Shown piece after piece: positions 16,135-26,800 of a stretch of 64,000 nt of DNA (the stretch's first letter is position 1; each line of letters starts with the position of its first letter). The stretch comes from a virus (Duplodnaviria; Caudoviricetes): positions 1 to 64,000 of the IMG/VR virus record IMGVR_UViG_3300030095_006531; one strand, 5' to 3'. A model generated the notes under the pieces. That model saw only the letters and a list, made by a program, of their open reading frames with translations. It ran no database searches and was not told the DNA's origin. A program made the position numbers and the translations under genes.

Positions 16135-17706
16135 TTATTCTTTCTCAACAATCGCATGATCAGTCAATAAAAGTGTTGAGGCGGCAGATGCGGCATTTTG
16201 CAAAGCACATCGAACCACCTTGAATGGGTCAATAATACCATATGTATACATGTTCACAATATCCCCAGAAGCGAGATCAAGTCCAGCATCTGGATTGGTG
16301 TGATTTTCGATTTTTTCTACATAAATATCCGGTGACAACCCAGCATTTGAAACCATCTTTTTGAAGGGCTCTCGGATTGCTTGTTTCACGATTTCTACTC
16401 CCAATTCTTGTTCTTTGTTTTCTGCTTCCACTGATAATGTTTTTGCGATACGCAACAAGCAAGAGGAGCCACCAGGAATAATCCCCTCTTTCTGAGCGGA
16501 ACTGACGGCTTCGAGTGCGTCTTCGACTCGATGCTTCTTTTCAATCATCTCCACTTCCGTCAACCCACCAACTTTAATAACCGCAATGGCTGATGCCAAA
16601 CGTGAAATGCGCTCTTGAATGCTATTGCACTTATCCAAATCCTCTTCGTTGATTAATTGCTGATTCAGGGCTTCTATTCTTTCCTCCACCCTCTCATCAT
16701 CCTGTTTTCCTCCAACAATAGTTGTAAATGTTTTATAGGATTCAACAGTTTGAGCGGAGCCGAAGTGTTCCAACCGGACTTTATTCAGGGGAGTGCCGCT
16801 TTCTCTGGAAATAAAAGTAGCACCAACCGACATGCTCAAGTCTGAAAGAATATTTCGGCGTTCTTCGCCGTAACGTGGAGCTTTAATGGCGGCAACTTTC
16901 ATAGTCCCTTTCATTGAATTCATGATCATTGCAGCCAGGGCTTGACCTGAAATATCTTCTGCTACAATTATAAATGCTCTACCATCACGGGCTGCAATTT
17001 CTAGTGCCGGAAGAATCTCATCAATTGTTGAAATGCTTCGATCTGTCACCAAAATCATACAGTCTTCATGGCGCATTGAGCCTCGGCGTTCGTCCGTAAC
17101 AAAAGCGTTTGCAAGAAGACCTGAATCAAATCGAAAACCCTCAGATAGTTCCAAAGAAGTTTCATTCGATTTTGCTTCTTGTATCGTAATTGCACCATCC
17201 TTGCCCACTTGATCAACCGCTGTCGCAATTAATTTTCCAATACCTTTGTCTCCATTGGCAGAGATAGTAGCGATTTGTTCAATCTCCTCCTTCGTAGAAA
17301 TAGGTTGAGATTTTTTAGCCAAGTTCATCACGATTTCTGAAATTGCCAAATCAATACCTCTTTTCAGTTCGACTGGACTTGCATTCGTGGCCAAATGTGT
17401 CTGGGATTTTTCCAAAATTGCTCTTGCCAAAACAGTAGAAGTTGTTGTGCCGTCACCAGCAGAAGAGTTGGTTGCTTCGCTTGCCTGCTTAATTACCTGA
17501 ACTCCTAAGTTTTCATATGGATCATCAAGTTCAAAGAACTTCGCCACAGTCACACCATCTTTAGTGATGACAGGTTTTGTGTTTGTTCCTTTAAGAATAA
17601 CATTTCTACCTCTTGGTCCTAAAGTTGCACCGACGGCATCAGCCAACTTATTGACTCCTAACATAATTTTTTCGTTTAGAGGTTTCCCAGATTGTATATG
17701 TTTCAT
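16135..17706 (-). CDS. groEL: Chaperonin GroEL
   Basis: TLGPRGRNV, ITKDGVTVA, AGDGTTT, GFRFDSG, APRYGE, VGG.TEVEM.EKK.R.EDA; no GGM tail. Confidence 0.97.
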   Translation of the reverse strand: MKHIQSGKPLNEKIMLGVNKLADAVGATLGPRGRNVILKGTNTKPVITKDGVTVAKFFELDDPYENLGVQVIKQASEATNSSAGDGTTTSTVLARAILEKSQTHLATNASPVELKRGIDLAISEIVMNLAKKSQPISTKEEIEQIATISANGDKGIGKLIATAVDQVGKDGAITIQEAKSNETSLELSEGFRFDSGLLANAFVTDERRGSMRHEDCMILVTDRSISTIDEILPALEIAARDGRAFIIVAEDISGQALAAMIMNSMKGTMKVAAIKAPRYGEERRNILSDLSMSVGATFISRESGTPLNKVRLEHFGSAQTVESYKTFTTIVGGKQDDERVEERIEALNQQLINEEDLDKCNSIQERISRLASAIAVIKVGGLTEVEMIEKKHRVEDALEAVSSAQKEGIIPGGSSCLLRIAKTLSVEAENKEQELGVEIVKQAIREPFKKMVSNAGLSPDIYVEKIENHTNPDAGLDLASGDIVNMYTYGIIDPFKVVRCALQNAASAASTLLLTDHAIVEKE

Positions 17707-17742
17707 ATGTTTTTAAATCCTATCACACTTTGATAATACTTT

Positions 17743-18306
17743 TTAGTAAATCGAAGCAGTTTTAATGTTCTCAACCAATTCAATTGTTTGAACTGCTTTA
17801 TTGTGGAACTTTTTTTGTAGTTTTTTACTGACGCTTCTTCGGATGAAGCCAGGGTTTCTTGGGTCTTTTAACGCTTGTGTGGGTATGATTAAAACTTCCC
17901 ACTTAGAAGTGTCGTGCCAATCGTTTGGTTCGTTCTCAGACCAACTTCCAGGCCGAACAAAAACTGCAACATCAAATTCATTATCTGAGTATGCAACATG
18001 ACCCGACTTTGAGGCTGCACCGTGATTCTTTTCGGAGTTTCGGCGAGTGTTTTCCATATGTATTGTTCGAGATCTTAATTTTACTTGCACCCTTTTCCCG
18101 TTTTTAGTTACGAGATCATATCCTCCTTGGTTGTTTTCTTTACCTCGATTTGGTCGCAGCTCACACTGAACTGAGGTGTTTTCATTGATCCAATCTCTTG
18201 CAAACAATTCAGCCGCAGGAGCGAACAATTTACCCAATTCATTTGGCTTGCACGTAACCAACATAGAGTTTAAGGTTTCATTGATGTATTGATGTGATGA
18301 CTTCAA
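17743..18306 (-). CDS. Putative PD-(D/E)XK restriction-like endonuclease
   Basis: AELF..GYDL..RVQVK; TTG start at 18306 behind AGGAG. Confidence 0.5.
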   Translation of the reverse strand: MKSSHQYINETLNSMLVTCKPNELGKLFAPAAELFARDWINENTSVQCELRPNRGKENNQGGYDLVTKNGKRVQVKLRSRTIHMENTRRNSEKNHGAASKSGHVAYSDNEFDVAVFVRPGSWSENEPNDWHDTSKWEVLIIPTQALKDPRNPGFIRRSVSKKLQKKFHNKAVQTIELVENIKTASIY

Positions 18307-18335
18307 ATGTTTTCTCCTATCACTTAAGATACTGA

Positions 18336-18364
18336 ATAGTAACAAAAAGGGTATGAGATGTCAA
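18336..18364 (-). promoter_or_regulatory. sigma70-like promoter
   Basis: TTGACA-17-TACTAT. Confidence 0.7.
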
Positions 18365-19143
18365 GAGATTTCTTCTAAAATTTTATCAATATCGAAGCCA
18401 GCGCAATCAATTTTTCTGGTGGTGATATGATAATGATTAACAACACCCTTATAAGTGCCAAGAGCTACAGATGGAACTTTGGTTTTGATAATTTTTTCAT
18501 TGCGAGTTGGAGTTTCTAAGGGAATACCATACGCTTGATTAAGGGTTTTCACCAATGCTTTAAAGGCTGAACGCTGTGCATCATAAAAACCTAAAAATGG
18601 TTCTAGAGTGTTTCCGTGTACTTTCACATCTTTCCAAGTCGGTCGTGGTCCAAAGCCGCGAGAACGATAAATGTCTTGATACTTGGGGTAATAAGCGTTT
18701 GATATTTCAACACCAACACTGGTATTATTAACCTTGCGATTACCTGCATGAAAGCCGATGTGGTTACAATCCATCAGTTGATATATTGTTCCATCATTGT
18801 CAATCAAAAAATGAACCGATAGTTTGCGTTTTTTTAACACATTATAGCAACTTTTTGACGACAAACATACATCCCAATGGGCAACGAACATCGTTGGAGT
18901 ACGTTCATTTTTTACAGTTTTATAGCAATTTTTAGGCAACGAAAGTCCTTCAGTATTTTCGTGAGTAACAACTTTGTCCCAATCAATTGAAACCTTGTTG
19001 CCACCGCATATAATATATTTCGTCGGCTCTTGCGATTCTTTCAAGATTTTGCTGGCTTCTTGTTCGGTTTCGTATCTTCTTATATCAGCGGGTTCAAGCT
19101 TTGCTGAGATCAAAAAATCTACTGCTTTGTTAAACCACTTCAT
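18361..19143 (-). CDS. N-acetylmuramoyl-L-alanine amidase (Amidase_2, probable endolysin)
   Basis: VAHWD, SVHFLIDNDGTIYQ, FHAG, N..SVGVEI, NHYH...KIDC. Confidence 0.88.
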   Translation of the reverse strand: MKWFNKAVDFLISAKLEPADIRRYETEQEASKILKESQEPTKYIICGGNKVSIDWDKVVTHENTEGLSLPKNCYKTVKNERTPTMFVAHWDVCLSSKSCYNVLKKRKLSVHFLIDNDGTIYQLMDCNHIGFHAGNRKVNNTSVGVEISNAYYPKYQDIYRSRGFGPRPTWKDVKVHGNTLEPFLGFYDAQRSAFKALVKTLNQAYGIPLETPTRNEKIIKTKVPSVALGTYKGVVNHYHITTRKIDCAGFDIDKILEEIS

Positions 19144-19786
19144 CTGCTATTCCCCATTTAACCGCAGTTTCAGCATCAAAATAGGTGTCTGTTTTTCTTC
19201 TAAAAATATTTTTTATTTGGCGCTCGGACAATGAAGTTTCAGCAGCAAGAGCTTTCGCATATTGATTTTGAAACCAGCGAACCTCTTTTATATCAACCTC
19301 CAACTCTTTTAAAGAGCCGAAGTAGCCACCAGATATGGAGTGCAACATTAGGCGGCAGTTTTTCCCCACCCTTCTTTTACCTTTTGTACCACCAGCCAAG
19401 AGCAAAACACCAGCGGACATGATTTTACCAATACCAAGACAGTTAATTTCTGCTTCTTTTCTAATATCCCTCATACAATCATAAAGAGCAAACATATCAG
19501 AAACAGAACCTCCCTCTGTTGAGATGATAAATTCTATGGGAAGGTGGCTGGTTTTAACCACTGCCTCCTCTTCCTCTTCACATTCCACAATTTCTTCGAC
19601 TGCACCGGAATCGTGTAAGGAGTATAGCCCAGCAATTGCATTTTTGCAACTTAGCTCACTTACTTCCCCGTATAGACTAACTATGCGTGGGATATAATCT
19701 GAACCAAACAATGAGGGCAACAGTAAAAGTTCACTTGTCTTTTCTTCTGTCTCTTCGTTTTGATCCAGGTGTTTCTTTTTCTTCAT
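19130..19786 (-). CDS. clpP: ClpP-like protease subunit
   Basis: ISTEGGSV, MSAG (Ser), LMLH (His), DTYF (Asp), AVKWGIADEV. Confidence 0.88.
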   Translation of the reverse strand: MKKKKHLDQNEETEEKTSELLLLPSLFGSDYIPRIVSLYGEVSELSCKNAIAGLYSLHDSGAVEEIVECEEEEEAVVKTSHLPIEFIISTEGGSVSDMFALYDCMRDIRKEAEINCLGIGKIMSAGVLLLAGGTKGKRRVGKNCRLMLHSISGGYFGSLKELEVDIKEVRWFQNQYAKALAAETSLSERQIKNIFRRKTDTYFDAETAVKWGIADEVV

Positions 19787-20078
19787 TTATAACCTCGATT
19801 ACTTCAAAATTATTTTCTGTCCATTTTATCTCAACAACCCCTGCAATATATTGGGCCAAGATATTTCTATATTTTCCCCATAATTGTGGCGTTAATTTTT
19901 TTTCCTTAGCGCGTTCATAGCACCACCTTAAGACAGCATTTATCTTGAATGCTTTTTCTACAATGATAAGATTACTTTCTGTTCTTATCACATCTTTTTG
20001 ACGGATAAAGTCCAAAACAAATTCTCGACGCTTATCTTCAGACGATGCATTTATTTCGGAACTCGTACCCATATTCAT
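19731..20078 (-). CDS. Hypothetical protein
   Basis: ORF track. Confidence 0.55.
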   Translation of the reverse strand: MNMGTSSEINASSEDKRREFVLDFIRQKDVIRTESNLIIVEKAFKINAVLRWCYERAKEKKLTPQLWGKYRNILAQYIAGVVEIKWTENNFEVIEVINEEKETPGSKRRDRRKDK

Positions 20079-20464
20079 ACCTTCTTCTCTTTATAAATAT
20101 GCGTCAGCTCCTCCATCATCCCTTTCCAATCATCAAATTCGACATGCCACTGGTATTCGAGTGGATAATTTTCAATATAATCATTTAATAATTCGTCTTT
20201 CCAATCTTCGAATTGGTGTTGAAAATCTATTCTAATTTTTTTTGCTTCTTCGGTTTCACCGACATCTTCAACCCTTTTAATGCACATTTGTTCAATATAT
20301 GAAACCTTATATACTATGGTTCCAATCAATGCTAAAATTTTATAAGATATTTTTTGAACAAATAAAGAGCCAGACCTGAATGCGGTCCAACTATAAAGAA
20401 TGGTCTTAAAGATGTATCCGGCGATAAAACCACAAACTGCAACAAGTAATAATTCTTGATTCAT
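20075..20464 (-). CDS. Hypothetical membrane-anchored protein
   Basis: N-terminal hydrophobic helix; start moved to ATG 20464 from promoter position. Confidence 0.6.
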   Translation of the reverse strand: MNQELLLVAVCGFIAGYIFKTILYSWTAFRSGSLFVQKISYKILALIGTIVYKVSYIEQMCIKRVEDVGETEEAKKIRIDFQHQFEDWKDELLNDYIENYPLEYQWHVEFDDWKGMMEELTHIYKEKKV

Positions 20465-20471
20465 GTGATAC

Positions 20472-20500
20472 AGTATACACCATACCAAGACACAAATCAA
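20472..20500 (-). promoter_or_regulatory. sigma70-like promoter, likely leaderless
   Basis: TTGATT-17-TATACT, ATG 7 nt downstream. Confidence 0.6.
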
Positions 20501-20603
20501 GAACAATTTTGTAGAGAAATAAGAAATATTAGTGCCGTAACAAAGACACCTAATTGAAAACCAAATGAAAAATATACAAATTTTTCATTTATCATAATGA
20601 GGG

Positions 20604-21434
20604 TTACTTAGTTTTTTTACTTTCGGAAATTAGTCGTTTTACCACTCGTTCGTAAACACGACGTTTGATTTCTTCGATGACTTCGGGAGTAATTGTAGGT
20701 TTGCTTTCAACAATCTCCAAATCTAGTCCTTTAAGGGCGGCTTCGTAAAGTTCAGCACTAACTTCTTCATCAAGATCTACGTCCATATCTACTTCCATCT
20801 CGTCATCGACAACCAAAGCATCATCAGAATCTCCAACTGCTCCACGAAGTTTGTCGGCCAACGCGATTATATCTTGTGCTTCATCGTCAGTAATAGTAAC
20901 TTCGCCATCACTCATCGCGTCTGCGGCATCTAATTCGTCAGCTTCTTCGTCAGCTTCTTTATCTTCTGCGCCAAGCTCATCTTCGGTTGCATCCAATTCC
21001 GATTCCAACTCTTTCTTGTCATCATCATGGGCTTCTTCTTCCATATAATCGCGGTGACTGCGAGATTCATCACCCTTATTTCCGCCATATTCTTCGTCAA
21101 GGTCTTCTTCTTCCTTCATATAATCACGATGACTGCGAGATTCGTCGCCTTTGTTGCCACCATATGGCTGCTCTTCTTTCATGTAGTCACGGTGACTGCG
21201 AGATTCATCACCCTTGTTTCCACCATAAGTTTCATCAAGCTCCTCTTCCTCTTGCATATAATCACGACGGCTTCGGGATTCATCTCCCTTATTTCCACCA
21301 TATGGATGACGTTTTTCGTCCAATGAGGTATATTTGTCACTAATGAAACCATCACCTAGTGCATCCATGTTTGCTAATTTCATCATGCGACGGACGGTTC
21401 CTTCATTTAATAGGGGCTTGTTTTTTTTTGCCAT
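20604..21434 (-). CDS. Acidic putative internal head/core protein with four peptide repeats
   Basis: LLNEGTVRRMMKLA N-terminus, D/E-rich body, ACTATTTA motif and AGGAG upstream. Confidence 0.75.
   Translation of the reverse strand: MAKKNKPLLNEGTVRRMMKLANMDALGDGFISDKYTSLDEKRHPYGGNKGDESRSRRDYMQEEEELDETYGGNKGDESRSHRDYMKEEQPYGGNKGDESRSHRDYMKEEEDLDEEYGGNKGDESRSHRDYMEEEAHDDDKKELESELDATEDELGAEDKEADEEADELDAADAMSDGEVTITDDEAQDIIALADKLRGAVGDSDDALVVDDEMEVDMDVDLDEEVSAELYEAALKGLDLEIVESKPTITPEVIEEIKRRVYERVVKRLISESKKTK
21042..21302 (-). repeat. Four copies of a 48-nt unit encoding YGGNKGDESRS(H/R)RDYM
   Basis: Copies at 21042, 21117, 21180, 21255; differences mostly synonymous. Confidence 0.92.
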
Positions 21435-21474
21435 TTTGCGGGTTCTCCTTAACTTTTTAAAAGTCTTACTGCTA

Positions 21475-21482
21475 TAAATAGT
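21475..21482 (-). promoter_or_regulatory. ACTATTTA putative late promoter
   Basis: Intergenic motif about 40 nt upstream of ATG 21434. Confidence 0.6.
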
Positions 21483-21504
21483 AGGTAAAATAGTAAAAAG
21501 CAGC

Positions 21505-21747
21505 TTATAAAATGTTGAAAATTGAGGTTAATCGGTTATTTAGTTTTTTTAGTGCTGCACTTTCAATTTGTTTAACCCTGGATGGGGTCAGATTGAGTCT
21601 TTCACCTATCTCTCTAAACACCAGTTTATCGTGTTTTTGTACCGAAATTTCACTACAATTAAAATCTTCTGGGTAATCTATCCATAGCCTGCAATCCTTT
21701 GCTTTACAGCTTTCTTTTTTCTTTTTACACTCGTTATAACATGTCAT
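21505..21747 (-). CDS. Small Cys-cluster plus sigma70 region 4-like HTH protein
   Basis: C..C....C...C...C, then FREIGERLNLTPSRVKQIESAALKKL. Confidence 0.7.
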   Translation of the reverse strand: MTCYNECKKKKESCKAKDCRLWIDYPEDFNCSEISVQKHDKLVFREIGERLNLTPSRVKQIESAALKKLNNRLTSIFNIL

Positions 21748-22064
21748 AGATCTGGGTGCTCCTTTTCTAAAATATCAAATATGTTTTCCACTTCCTCGTC
21801 TCCTAGGGCAAATTTATTTTTTGTTTCTTCAGCTTTTTTAATATTCGTCATCACTTTTTTTCTTTGAACATTATTTTGGATCGAATTGTCTTTTTTAAAT
21901 TTATTAAGAAATAGTGCCAATTCGGGATCTCTATTGATATATCCATCCATAATTGCTCGGAAAAATTTTGCCTGAGTTAGGCTGTCATACTGTAGCTGAA
22001 TTTTAAACTTGGCTTTAATGTTTTCATCTACAGTAAAAATAATTTTAACTTTTTTATCACTCAT
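21744..22064 (-). CDS. Hypothetical protein, possible DNA-binding
   Basis: Start moved to ATG 22064 (GAGGTG). Confidence 0.6.
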   Translation of the reverse strand: MSDKKVKIIFTVDENIKAKFKIQLQYDSLTQAKFFRAIMDGYINRDPELALFLNKFKKDNSIQNNVQRKKVMTNIKKAEETKNKFALGDEEVENIFDILEKEHPDL

Positions 22065-22555
22065 CACCTCTCCATTGTAAGTATTTTTGGGGTTGGCGAC
22101 CATTGAAAACCTCCAAACTCAACCACTACAGAAGGGAAGGGTGCTGAATGGCTTGGCGCATCTGAATTAAGATTCTTAAACTTTAATCGACCCTTAATAA
22201 AATGAATCGCACTTGCATACTTCATAATGTACTCATGCCAGTATTTTGTGTCGGTTCGTGCCGGAATCAACAGAACAACTAAAGCTCCATTATTTGCTGA
22301 TTCTTCAGCCGCTTTTTTGACCCAAGCACCTATATTTCCATATGGTGGATTGACAAATACAACCTCGTCGGTCCAGGCTTTGGACAACCCATCATCCATA
22401 AGGGTATAATACTTGGAGCACTTATGATTGTTAGTAGTGGCACAAGGATCGAGAGTGAATTTATACTTTCTATTCAATTTATTATAAATGCTGTCTGGGG
22501 TTCCCCACTCATCACTTTTAGAACTAAATATCACCTTTTGACTTCGTGTATCCAT
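22064..22555 (-). CDS. Phage-type DNA N6-adenine methyltransferase
   Basis: DEWGTP, LDPCA, DDGL..W, FVNPPYG, LLIPARTDT, FIKGRLKF, APF. Confidence 0.9.
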   Translation of the reverse strand: MDTRSQKVIFSSKSDEWGTPDSIYNKLNRKYKFTLDPCATTNNHKCSKYYTLMDDGLSKAWTDEVVFVNPPYGNIGAWVKKAAEESANNGALVVLLIPARTDTKYWHEYIMKYASAIHFIKGRLKFKNLNSDAPSHSAPFPSVVVEFGGFQWSPTPKILTMER

Positions 22556-22796
22556 CTTTCATCTCCTCCACTAATTTTTTCGCTGCCCCCCAACATTCAG
22601 GGCAATAAAGACGTACCTTCTCTTCTTTGACGACCACACTCCAAGACATTACCATATCTTTATTTTTTTTATCAAATGCTTTTTGACACACCAAGCACTG
22701 ATCTCCGAGTTTGTTAAAAAGGCCCACTTTTTTTTGCAGCTCTTTCTTGGCTTCTTTTTCTTTGTTTCGTTTGAGCTTTTTCTTTAAACTATTCAT
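22524..22796 (-). CDS. Small Zn-ribbon protein
   Basis: CLVC...CPEC. Confidence 0.6.
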   Translation of the reverse strand: MNSLKKKLKRNKEKEAKKELQKKVGLFNKLGDQCLVCQKAFDKKNKDMVMSWSVVVKEEKVRLYCPECWGAAKKLVEEMKDGYTKSKGDI

Positions 22797-23289
22797 TTTT
22801 TTGTTTTTTTGCGTCGGTTGAACCTAATGCTCCGTCACCTCGTTCAGACATGGTAATGGGCCACCAATCATACAGGTTTCCATTGCCTGTTTCCAATGCC
22901 CTAAAGTGAACTACAGGGATCATAACGGCTTGAGCGATTTTATCTCCCGGCTCTACTACCTGCTGATCATTGCCAACATTATGTAGGTTGATAAAAACTT
23001 CTCCATCGTATCCACTATCAACAACACAAGCTCCCACAATCAAGGAACGCTTTGATGCAACTCCCGAACGGTTTTTTATCTCCAGCATGTAACCGTGAGG
23101 AACGCCGAAGCGCAACCCTGTTGGAAGTAATTTGCTTTCGCCGGGTTTAACAATAATTGCATCCACGGTCGGGCTTGGCAAAAAACCTTGAGGCTCTGGG
23201 TTAAAAAATAAATCCAACCCTGCATCGCTTGGGTTGGCTCGCTCGGGGGGTCGAGCAGTTGTTCTAACACGTGCATATTCTATAATCAT
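22789..23289 (-). CDS. dut: dUTPase (trimeric)
   Basis: AGLDL, RSGVA, VDSGYDGE, GDKIAQAV, RGDGALGST. Confidence 0.95.
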   Translation of the reverse strand: MIIEYARVRTTARPPERANPSDAGLDLFFNPEPQGFLPSPTVDAIIVKPGESKLLPTGLRFGVPHGYMLEIKNRSGVASKRSLIVGACVVDSGYDGEVFINLHNVGNDQQVVEPGDKIAQAVMIPVVHFRALETGNGNLYDWWPITMSERGDGALGSTDAKKQKNE

Positions 23290-23604
23290 TTATCTCTCCT
23301 TAACATTTGGGTTTCTAAAACTAACCCATGACCGGAGCAGCTTGCCCCGACCAGGACCTTCAGAGTGTTTGTTATACCACATCACCTTCCAGCCCATTTT
23401 TTTGTATTCATCTAAAATGGAATATTCATTCAGCAAGAAATCTTGCCATTCTGATGGAATATCCACTTCAATACCTTTTAAAGTATCTCTTTCTGAGCGT
23501 CTTGCCTTTATTTCTGCATTGAAAAGCTTAATAATATCATTCCTAGTTACTGGTTTGTTAATCACTTCCTCAAAGTCACTAATATTAATGTCGTAATCAT
23601 CCAT
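23290..23604 (-). CDS. Hypothetical protein
   Basis: ORF track. Confidence 0.55.
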   Translation of the reverse strand: MDDYDINISDFEEVINKPVTRNDIIKLFNAEIKARRSERDTLKGIEVDIPSEWQDFLLNEYSILDEYKKMGWKVMWYNKHSEGPGRGKLLRSWVSFRNPNVKER

Positions 23605-23823
23605 TTAAAAATACCTCTCACAGTAGTAAAAAAGTATCCAATCCCCTGACTGGGGATCTTCAACCACTTCAAATTGTTTTACTTTCTTTTTTTCCATCCC
23701 GAGTTTGTTTCCATGCCGTGCGGCTCTTTCCATCAAATACTCTGAGATTCTTCCGGTTGCTTCATATTCCGCCTCATCTCTACCAACTATAAGTCGGTAG
23801 ACCTCTAAAGTTTCTTCTTCCAT
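23605..23823 (-). CDS. Hypothetical protein
   Basis: ORF track. Confidence 0.5.
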   Translation of the reverse strand: MEEETLEVYRLIVGRDEAEYEATGRISEYLMERAARHGNKLGMEKKKVKQFEVVEDPQSGDWILFYYCERYF

Positions 23824-23832
23824 AATAATAAT

Positions 23833-26800
23833 TTATCCTATTAGTTTAAAATTAGCCTTAATTGATCTGGTAGAGAAACCCCATTGTGGATCATATTGCA
23901 ATTTAGAAACATATGGGCGGTTTATGTGTACCAATTCATTGGGCCTTACATTCCAACACTTAATGTTTGTTATTTGACAAGTGTCATCAATGGCATTGAT
24001 TATCCAAAAGGTTTTTCCGTTTCTTGTTTTTTTGGGAATCACTTCTCGTGGGACGAACCAACACACCTGTAGATCCTTATCGTATTCGGCGATGGGAGGA
24101 ACCTTGAGGTAGTTTAACCTTTCCTTAACCTTTTTATCAACAACAAGCTCAAATGGAAAAATACCAGTCAAACTTACAACATTTTCAATCTTTTCTTCCT
24201 CTGAAAAGTCATGTTCTGTTGCAAACTTTTTAATATTTTCGTCCAATTTCTTTTTGGTCTTTGGTCGATTATCGATAATAGACAACCACAGATGTCTACA
24301 ATGTTTAAATCGGCTGTCAACAATGGTGTCACAAGCGCCAGATCGTACCAAGACATCTAAAGATTTCTTGTTTAACTTTGAATAACTTATTTCTGGGTTG
24401 AAAAGTAACTCTTCCACTGTTTTGAAGGGTCTGTGTTCGAGAATTTGGTCCATGGCCTTATCGCCCAAGCCCTTGATGGAGGTTAGTGGTTGAACCAACT
24501 TATTGCCATTAGAGACATCCCAGTTTCTTCCTGATAGATTAATATTTACTTCCTGGATTTCATAGCCCAAATTCTTAACAATGTTGATTGCCTTTTCTTT
24601 ACGACTTTCTGGTTCCTTATTTAGGAACGCTGCGACCCATTCTAGTGGATGGTTGTCTAGTAACCATGCACATTGAAAGGATAATATACTATAACCCAGA
24701 GCATGAGACTTGTTAAAGCCATAACCACTGAAATACTCAAAAGTCTTCCAAAGAGCTTCCGCCTGCTTCTCTGCAATTCCCTTTTCTGCACATCCGTCCA
24801 CAAACTTTTTATGTATTTTAAGCTTTTCCGTTGCACCCTTTCCTGTTCCTTTCTTAGTTAATAATTTACGTAAAAGATTTCCCTCATCCAATGAGATATT
24901 TTTACCTAGTCGGTGAGCCAAGAGAGCAATTTGTTCTTGAAAAATCAAAAAGCCATATGTCTCTTCTGTCACTTCTTGTACAATGGGGTGAATATACTTC
25001 ACATAGTTGGGATTCTCTTTTGCCTCGACATAGCTCTTGTCCACCTTTGCACTTAATGGTCCCGGTCGAAAAATAGAGGTAATAGCTGCAATATCTACCA
25101 GTGAGGTGGGTTTAGCTTGTTTGCAAAAACTTTGCGCCCCAGATTCAGTAAACTGAAAAATGCCCGCCCACTTACCCCTGTGGAAAATGTTTTGATAAAT
25201 CTTTTGGTCGTCAAAGTCCATAGTATCTGGGTGTAGATTTTCTTCGTAAAACTTTTTAACCTGAGTAAATGCTGGTGTCTGGCCTGTTTTCTTTTCGATA
25301 ATGCGAGAAATTGCATCCTCGATCATCCTAAGTGTACTGAGTCCCAAAATGTCAAACTTGATAAAGCCCATTGGCTCCAGGTGTCTTACGTTTTGCCCTT
25401 CTGTCCATGGAGTCTGTCGTACACCACCAGAATAAATTAGTGGCATATATTTATTCAAGTCTTCACCCACAACCAACCCACCAGCATGGCGAGAACAGGA
25501 GCGCACTTGTCCCTTCAGCGTTTTAACATGTGGTTCGACCTGCGGATATTTCTTCAAAAATTCCTGTAAACTCTTGCTATACTTCATCAGTTCGTCAAAC
25601 GTCGGATCATACACCCCTGCTTTAATCCCATGATCACGTTTGGCTGGGCCTGTTGCTTCAAACACCATCTTCTTGGTTACGAGATTAACTTCTTGATATG
25701 GAATATCGTAAAACTTAGAAATATCTTTAACCAAAGAACGTAACTGTAGTGTGTTCCAGTTTGAAATCGGAACCACATTGTCTTCGCCCCACTCCTCAAT
25801 CAGTGCTTCTTTTAAAGACATTGGATCAGAAACATCATAGTCAATATCAGGATAGTCTTTTGCATCCGACCTTAAAAAGCGTGAAAAAAGAAGTCCATAC
25901 TTGATTGGATCAACTTGGGTTATTCCAAGGACATATGCAACAAGTGAGCCACCAGCGGAACCTCGTGATGGTCCTGTGATTTGCATCGAAGAAGCCTTGT
26001 CTGAAATTGCTTTCATTGTTAGAAAATACCTGCTGAATCCTCTGTCCTTAATGACTTGAAGTTCATGCTGTAATCGCTCTATGTACTTGGGCTCATTAAG
26101 GCTTTTTGATTGCATACTGTTGGTTGATAGAACTGAAAGGGCTTCATCCTCAGACATCCCTTCGGGAATAACAAACGAGGGCAAGCGTACTTTGTTGTCG
26201 GGATAAAACTTTTCGATTCTATTGTGGGCAATGTGATGAGTTCGAGAGATGGAATCCTTAATCAATTCATCATCAAACTTAAAACCCAATTCCGATGAAT
26301 ATTTTTTGTAGGATGCAAACATTTGATCACCATTCTTGGGGTAAAGTTCCATACCATACTCCTCCAGATCATCAGCCATTTCACCAAAGAAAGCTGTTGC
26401 GCCTGGTCTGAATCGCTTGTAAAGCTCCCTTGACTTCCAGACATCTGGATTAAAATAATGACTATCAGCAGTTGAAATCAGTTTGACATCATACTCTTTT
26501 GCAACTTGAATAATTAAACTATTTAGCTTCATTTGTGTTGGATGCTTGAACCATTGCAACTCTGCATACCAGCGATCACCCAAAATACGTTGCATATTTT
26601 CAGTAGTTTTACGCATTGCATTTAGGATGGCCTCATCCCCATTGTCCATGTTTTCCCACAAATCCCCGGCATAAACTCCACCCAAACAAGCAGAGGAAGC
26701 GATGATGCCTTCGTTGTGTTGTTGAAGTAGGTTATAGTCAATTCGCGGAAAGCGATAAAAATTACCTGGCTTATATGATTGAGAAATTAGCTGAAATATA

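Noticed and set aside
21042-21302. Possible CRISPR mini-array
   Set aside because: Repeats are in-frame coding, vary at synonymous sites, and have only 15-27 nt between units; no cas genes
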